A DNA stretch of 64,000 nt, taken from contig NZ_JAIRAU010000002.1 of NCBI RefSeq assembly GCF_020073745.1, positions 273,694 to 337,693 of the forward strand, read 5' to 3'. Below the pieces are notes generated by a model. It was not told the origin of the DNA, searched no databases, and was given only the letters and a program-made list of their open reading frames with translations. Below, piece by piece: positions 58,796 through 64,000 of this stretch. This DNA comes from Nannocystis pusilla. GTDB taxonomy: Bacteria; Myxococcota_A; Polyangia; Nannocystales; Nannocystaceae. Positions within the stretch are counted from its first letter, which is position 1, and every line of letters starts with the position of its first letter. Made by a program: the position numbers and the translations under genes.

Positions 58796-60175
58796 TCATG
58801 CGCGGGCGCGGCGGCGGCGGGAGAGGGCGGCGAGCGTGAGGAGCAGCGCGAGCGGGGGGGCTGGTGGGCCGGGGGAGCGGCAGCCGCAGCCGGCGTCGGT
58901 GTCGACGCCGCCGCTGCTGCCGTCGCCGTCGCCGGTGGTGGGGCCGGAGGAGGAGGTGGTGGCGTCGGTGGTGGGGGCGGTGCCGGTGGTGGGCGGGTCG
59001 ACGGGGCCGCTGTCGGAGGCGCTGTCGGGCGGGTCACCGGTGGTGTCGTCGCCGCCGGTGCTGGTGCCGGCCTCGCAGAAGACGCCGGGGGCGATCGGGC
59101 CGGCGCTGAAGGTGCGGTTGATGATGCTGGCCCGGCCGCGGGTCTGGCCGACCCACATGGCGATCGAGCGATCGATGATCTCGTCGATGAGGGCGTACTC
59201 CTCCTCGCACAGGACCTCGCCGGGGCGCTTGACGAGGAGGAAGGAGATGCCGAACTCGTTGGGGGCGTCGGGGTAGGCGGGCACGCGCTCGCCCTCGGCC
59301 ATGATCACGTCGTCGATGGTGACGTCGCGGCGGGTGCCGCCGACGGTGAAGCTGTCGGCCTTGAAGAGGAAGGAACTGGCCGGGGGACACTCCTGGTTCG
59401 GCAGCGCGGAGTCGACGCAGTCGTGCGGATCCTCGATGACGAACCACGGCTTCACCTCGGACGGATCCATGAGCCCCATGAGGTAGAGGTCGAGGTCGCT
59501 GAACTCGAACTGCTCGAGCTTGGCGGCGGTGAAGGTGCCGTCACCGTTGTCGGTCCAGCGGTGACCCTCGACCGGCGAGCCGCCGCTGTGCATGTAGAAG
59601 CTCCAGTGGGCCTGCGAGCGCCCGAGCAACAGCTCGGTGTTGCCGCCGCCGGCGACGTGCGGGAAGGCCAGCCAGGCGTGCCCGAGCTCCTGACCGAACA
59701 CGAGCGAGATCCACCAGTCGTCGATCTCGGTGGTGCCGGTGAGGATGAACTTGCGCCAGTTGTTCATGTGCAACATGCCGATGAACTGGCTGTTCGGCGT
59801 GTCGTCGAAGAACTCGGCCGGGATCACCGGATCGAAGTCGGCGGCGTGGGAATAGCCGATGCCGGCGACGTCGTTGGCGAGCGACTGATAGAAGGCGCCG
59901 ACGCCGTCGACGAGATCGAAGGTGGAGTAGACGACGATGAACTGGCCGTCGTCGGGGTGAACCTCGAGGAAGCCGTCCTCGAGCGGGTAGTAGCCGCCGT
60001 AGAAGCCGGTGCGCGAGAACCAGTTGGCGTGCTCGACGGTGCCGTCGTCGTCGAACACCATGAAGTTCTTGCGCTGCTCGACGAACTGGACCGGACCGGC
60101 GTGCGCCGTGTCGAGGAGGAGGAGGTCGAGGCCGAGGACGAGGGCGAACGGTGCGACCAGGGCGAGGCGAGGCAC
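58796..60175 (-). CDS. Secreted hypothetical protein with MYXO-CTERM-like sorting tail
   Basis: GTG start. Signal peptide [27 protein letters not shown]-terminus ...[33 protein letters not shown]. Confidence 0.6.
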   Translation of the reverse strand: MPRLALVAPFALVLGLDLLLLDTAHAGPVQFVEQRKNFMVFDDDGTVEHANWFSRTGFYGGYYPLEDGFLEVHPDDGQFIVVYSTFDLVDGVGAFYQSLANDVAGIGYSHAADFDPVIPAEFFDDTPNSQFIGMLHMNNWRKFILTGTTEIDDWWISLVFGQELGHAWLAFPHVAGGGNTELLLGRSQAHWSFYMHSGGSPVEGHRWTDNGDGTFTAAKLEQFEFSDLDLYLMGLMDPSEVKPWFVIEDPHDCVDSALPNQECPPASSFLFKADSFTVGGTRRDVTIDDVIMAEGERVPAYPDAPNEFGISFLLVKRPGEVLCEEEYALIDEIIDRSIAMWVGQTRGRASIINRTFSAGPIAPGVFCEAGTSTGGDDTTGDPPDSASDSGPVDPPTTGTAPTTDATTSSSGPTTGDGDGSSGGVDTDAGCGCRSPGPPAPPLALLLTLAALSRRRRARA

Positions 60176-60258
60176 GAGCGCAGGATAGAAGCAGTTGCGC
60201 GGACCCCCAAGCGGATAAACGCCCGCGAGGCCCGAGGCGCCGGCCCCGGGCCGCGACG

Positions 60259-62178
60259 TCACGCCCCGGCTTCCGCGCTGCGCTGCTCGAGATCCTCCCA
60301 GCGCGCGACGAGGGCGGCGGCGCGCCGACGGGCCTCGTCGAGCTTGCGCACCAGCTCGGTGACCTTGTCGCCGCCGCCGCTGTAGACGGCCGGATCGCCC
60401 AGCCGCGCCTCGAGCTCCTGGACCTCGGCCTCGGCAGCCTCGATCTTGCCGAGGATCCCGTCGAGCTCGCGCCGCTCGGCGTAACTGAGACCCTTGCGGG
60501 CGACCGGCGCGCCGCTCTTCGCCGGCGCCGGCGCCGGCCGTGCGCTCGGCTGGGGTTCGGCGGCCGCTTCGGTCTCGGCCAGGCGCTCGAGGTAATCGCT
60601 GTAATTGCCGTGGTGCCGCACGACCTTGCCGTCGCCCTCGAAGGCGAGGATCGAGGTGGCGACACGATCGAGGAACCAGCGATCGTGGGTGACGATGATC
60701 GCCGCGCCGGTGAACTCGAGCAGCATCTCCTCGACGGCGCCGAGCGTGGCGACGTCGAGGTCGTTGGTCGGCTCGTCGAGGAGAACGAGGTTGGAGGCGC
60801 CGGACAGCAGGACGGCGAGGGCGACCCGCGCCCGCTCGCCGCCGGACAGCGAGCCGACCTTCTGCGCGTAGGCGGACGGATCGAACAGGAAGCGCTCGAG
60901 GTAGCGCGCGATGTCGAGCGGGTGGCCGCCGCCGAGGTCGAGGCCGCGGCGCCGCTCGGCGATGTTGTCGTAGACGCTGCGGCCGTCGTCGAGGCCGGAG
61001 CGGTTCTGGTCGAGGTAGGCGATGGCGGTGTGCTTGCCCCGGACGACCTCGCCGGCGGTGGGCGCGAGCTCGCCGGCGATCGAGCGCAGGAGCGTGGTCT
61101 TGCCGCTGCCGTTGGGCCCGACGACGCCGATCCGCTCGCCCTGGTTGAGCGCGAGGGTGAATTCGCGGACGAGCACGCGGCCGAGCTCGAGGGTGACGCC
61201 GCGCAGCTCGAGGATCGTCTTGCCGCTGCGAGCTGCCTCGAGAGACAGCTCGACCCGACGCTCGCGCGGCGGCCCGGACTTGGCCAGCTCGGCCTCGGCC
61301 CGGTTGACCCGCGCGGTCTGCTTGGTGGTGCGCGCCTTGGGTTGACGCCGCAACCACTCGAGCTCGCGGCGGAGGAAGTTCTGCCGGTTGGCCTCGGTGC
61401 GCTGGGCGTGGGCCATGCGCTCGGCCTTGGCCTCGAGGTAGGCGCCGAAGCCCCCGTCGTAGGCGTAGACGGTGCCGCGGTCGACCTCGAAGGTCCGCGT
61501 GCACACGCGATCGAGGATGTAGCGATCGTGGGTGATGAGGAGGACGGCGCCGCTGTAGTCCTCGGCGAGGTGACGCTCGAGCCACTCGATGGCGGCGACG
61601 TCGAGATGGTTGGTCGGCTCGTCGAGGACGGCGAGGTCGGGGCGGCGCGCGAGCAGGGCGGCGAGGGCGACGCGCCGGCGCTCGCCGCCGCTGAGCCGCT
61701 CGGTCGCTGCAGAAGGATCGCGGACGCCGAGGCGCGCGAGGTAGGCCTCGGCCTCGGCCGCGCGCCCCCACCCGCCGCAGCGCTCGATCTCCGCCGCGGC
61801 CGCCGCCTGCTCGGCCACGAGAGCGTCGACCGCGGCCGATCCCGCGGCCTGCTCGAGACCCGCCGTGGCGGCGTCGTAGCGGGCGCGGGCGGCAGACCAC
61901 TGGCCGAGGCCGGCGAGGACCGCTTCGAGGGCGGTGAGGCCGGGTGGGAGCCGCGGCTCCTGTTCGAGATAGGCGATCGCGGCGTCGCGGCGGAGGACGA
62001 CCTCGCCGGCGTCAAGGGCGTCCAGGCCGGCCAGAATCCGCGCCAGGGTGGTTTTTCCCGAGCCGTTGTTGCCGACCAGCCCGACGCGTTCGCCGGTCAT
62101 CAGCGTGAGGTTGACGCCGTCGAGGACGCGGCGCACGCCGAAGCTCTTCTCGACCTGGCGCAGGCTTGCGATGGGCAC
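60259..62178 (-). CDS. ABC-F family ATPase (two ABC domains plus a C-terminal coiled-coil)
   Basis: Walker [10 protein letters not shown] and GPNGSGKTT. Signature LSGGE twice. Linker between the domains. GTG start [13 protein letters not shown]. Confidence 0.9.
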   Translation of the reverse strand: MPIASLRQVEKSFGVRRVLDGVNLTLMTGERVGLVGNNGSGKTTLARILAGLDALDAGEVVLRRDAAIAYLEQEPRLPPGLTALEAVLAGLGQWSAARARYDAATAGLEQAAGSAAVDALVAEQAAAAAEIERCGGWGRAAEAEAYLARLGVRDPSAATERLSGGERRRVALAALLARRPDLAVLDEPTNHLDVAAIEWLERHLAEDYSGAVLLITHDRYILDRVCTRTFEVDRGTVYAYDGGFGAYLEAKAERMAHAQRTEANRQNFLRRELEWLRRQPKARTTKQTARVNRAEAELAKSGPPRERRVELSLEAARSGKTILELRGVTLELGRVLVREFTLALNQGERIGVVGPNGSGKTTLLRSIAGELAPTAGEVVRGKHTAIAYLDQNRSGLDDGRSVYDNIAERRRGLDLGGGHPLDIARYLERFLFDPSAYAQKVGSLSGGERARVALAVLLSGASNLVLLDEPTNDLDVATLGAVEEMLLEFTGAAIIVTHDRWFLDRVATSILAFEGDGKVVRHHGNYSDYLERLAETEAAAEPQPSARPAPAPAKSGAPVARKGLSYAERRELDGILGKIEAAEAEVQELEARLGDPAVYSGGGDKVTELVRKLDEARRRAAALVARWEDLEQRSAEAGA

Positions 62179-62618
62179 GGCCCGGGACTGTACCCTCGCC
62201 CGGGTCCGCCGCGCGGCAATTGTGGGGGAGGACACGCCCACCCGGCCGGCGCCCGCCTCCCCGAGCAAGGATGCGATCCTCCGGGCCGAGGCCGCCGCGG
62301 CCGCCACCCCCGGGCCGGCGGATTCCAGGGGGTGAGGTGAATTTCAGGCGCCCCGGCGCGTGAGGTGAAATCGCCGCCGGAGGGGCGGGTGGAGGTTGAC
62401 AGGTCCCGGGGCGAGGGCGGATCCTGCTCCGGGTCATGACCTCAATCGGCACTCACGGAGCCCGTCGGGTCGCAGCCGGCCTCGCTCCGGTCGCGTCGCG
62501 CGTGTGCGTCCGGCGTGTCGCTTGTGGAGTGTCGACGCAACGACGCGGTCCCGCTCAGGGCGCCGCGAGCCACGGCCGACGTGGCGTGCAGTGAAGAGAG
62601 AATAGGAGAGAGACAGAA

Positions 62619-63131
62619 GTGAAAATTTTCGTCGGTGGACTGGCGTGGGCGACGGGCGACGAGAGCCTGCGCGCGGCCTTTGAACCCTTCGGTAAGGTCG
62701 ACGAGGCGATCGTCGTCAAGGACAAGGAGACCATGCGCAGCCGTGGCTTCGGGTTCGTGACGTTCGCCGATGAGGCGGCCGGTCGTGCCGCGCTCGAGGC
62801 GATGAACGGCGCGGTGCTCGACGGGCGGACCATCCGCTGCGACGCCGCGGTCGAGCGCGCCCGCAGCGATCGGCCCTCGCGGCCCTTCGTCGAGCGTGCG
62901 CCCTCGGGCGGCTTCCAGGGCGGTGGCGGCGGTCCCCGCGGTGGCGGCGGCGGCGGCGGCGGTCGTGACTGGGGCGGCGGCGGCGGTGGTCGCGGCGGTG
63001 GCGGCGGCGGCGGCGGCTGGGGCGGCGGCGGCGGCGGCGGTGGTCGCGGCGGCGGCGGCGGCGGCGGTGGTCGCGGCGGCCGTGGCGGTCGTGGCGGCCG
63101 GCGGCGCGACGACGACGACTACGGCGACTGA
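62619..63131 (+). CDS. Glycine-rich RNA-binding protein with N-terminal RRM
   Basis: RNP2 KIFVGGL and RNP1 RGFGFVTF, then a GGGRGG-repeat tail. GTG start with a gagaga/aggag RBS region. Confidence 0.85.
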   Translation: MKIFVGGLAWATGDESLRAAFEPFGKVDEAIVVKDKETMRSRGFGFVTFADEAAGRAALEAMNGAVLDGRTIRCDAAVERARSDRPSRPFVERAPSGGFQGGGGGPRGGGGGGGGRDWGGGGGGRGGGGGGGGWGGGGGGGGRGGGGGGGGRGGRGGRGGRRRDDDDYGD

Positions 63132-63433
63132 ATCCTGCGTCGAACCCTGAGCAGTGCGCCGCCACGGGCCCCGGCCCGCGGCGGCGCTCCTGTTTGGTCG
63201 GTGCGATGCGTGTGGAGCTGTCCGAAGAGACAGCCTGCGAGCCGCGCGGCGAATGGCGCGAAGGGCATGTCCGAAGAGACAGGCTCTTCACGCCAGCGGT
63301 GCGGATGCAGGCGCTCAGCCGGCGTGAAGTTCGGCGTCGAAGCTGGCTGAAAGGACAGGCAGGCGCAGAGGTGCGGGGGAGGCGCGCCGCCGCGGCGGGC
63401 GGCCGACCTGTCCCGAGCGACCGGTCGGGAGCG

Positions 63434-63946
63434 TCAGGCCGGGACCTCGATCACCGCGGGGATCACCAGCTCGTGGCGGATGACCGCGCCGTCGGGCTTG
63501 AAGTAGAGCTCGTGCAGGCGCCCGCCGGCCTCGAACTCGATCTCGTACTCGTCGCCGGCGCCGGTGAGGGTCTTCTTCTCGACCTCCTTGATCGCCGCGC
63601 CGGGGTGAGCCTTGTCGAAGGCGGCGCGCACCGGCTCGGGCAGGGCCTTGGCGTCGATGTGACACTCGGTGTAGAGGACGCCGCCGTCGGCCTTGGCGCT
63701 CAGCTCGCAGCTCTGCTTGTCGGCGGTCTCGACCTCGACCTCGAACAGGCGGCCGTGCGGGGCCACGAACTCGGTCTCGTAGCGGAGCGCCCTGGCGCCG
63801 GGATAGACGGCCTCGACCTGCTTGCGCACCGGCTCCGGCAGGGACGCGGCGTCCTGGTGGTAGACGGAGAAGTAGCGCAGCGAGCCGTCGGCCTCGACCT
63901 CGAGCTTGATCTTCTCGACGCCCTGGGCCGTGCCGGCGGTGCGCAC
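63434..63946 (-). CDS. PepSY-like repeat protein; the N-terminus may continue beyond the window
   Basis: Two ~80-aa repeats with the pattern LPEPVR...FDKAHPGA...E.E......YE.EF. Confidence 0.5.
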   Translation of the reverse strand: MRTAGTAQGVEKIKLEVEADGSLRYFSVYHQDAASLPEPVRKQVEAVYPGARALRYETEFVAPHGRLFEVEVETADKQSCELSAKADGGVLYTECHIDAKALPEPVRAAFDKAHPGAAIKEVEKKTLTGAGDEYEIEFEAGGRLHELYFKPDGAVIRHELVIPAVIEVPA

Positions 63947-64000
63947 GAGGTCGGCGTCGAGCTGCCCGGGGCCGGAGGCCGCGGGGGGCGGCGCGGGCTT

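Overview
This is a high-GC (about 70%) chromosomal segment, and several features point to Myxococcota: two secreted proteins with MYXO-CTERM-like tails, an FHA protein with an AgmX/PglI C-terminal domain, several Ser/Thr kinases, and many Cys-rich lipoproteins. The raw ORF track is inflated by long GC-driven antisense ORFs; I resolved about 50 plausible genes from it.

Housekeeping genes present:
- greA and carB (adjacent on the minus strand)
- purT
- metG
- a CysQ-family phosphatase
- an arginase-family hydrolase
- an ABC-F ATPase
- a lytic transglycosylase
- an M4 (thermolysin-like) peptidase
- an APC-family amino-acid permease
- an MFS transporter
- a FadL-family outer-membrane protein
- TetR and GlxA/AraC-type regulators
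- a glycine-rich RRM RNA-binding protein

The most interesting feature is a tightly packed six-gene minus-strand operon at 35078-41336. In transcription order it reads: SiaB-like GHKL kinase, SiaC-like(DUF1987)::SAM-methyltransferase fusion, HAMP-PP2C sensor phosphatase (SiaA-like), SiaB-like kinase, SiaC-like protein, class III adenylate cyclase. That is a SiaABCD-type partner-switch module in which the diguanylate cyclase is replaced by an adenylate cyclase, and a duplicated upstream half is wired to a methyltransferase. A cNMP-binding Ser/Thr kinase (33494-35008) converges on it.

Other leads:
- A 1621-aa ORF (28579-33444) fuses an enolase-superfamily dipeptide-epimerase domain in frame to a Ser/Thr-kinase-AAA-TPR protein. 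A palindromic element sits exactly at the domain junction.
- An MFS / radical-SAM-SPASM / membrane-protein operon (22222-25990) has a cluster of palindromes inside its last gene.
- A family of GGACATGTCC-centred palindromes (REP-like) occurs at about 20 loci. Most are at convergent gene ends; a few lie inside ORFs.
- Three tandem copies of a roughly 264-bp structured element lie at about 57836-58700.
- Five to six tandem 32-33-bp repeats lie at 6337-6510.
- A roughly 1.1-kb non-coding stretch (47926-49026) carries a strong minus-strand rho-independent terminator and is a candidate sRNA locus.
- Several paralogous Cys-rich lipoproteins have Thr/Ser-rich tails.

No rRNA, tRNA, CRISPR array or transposase/integrase was found.
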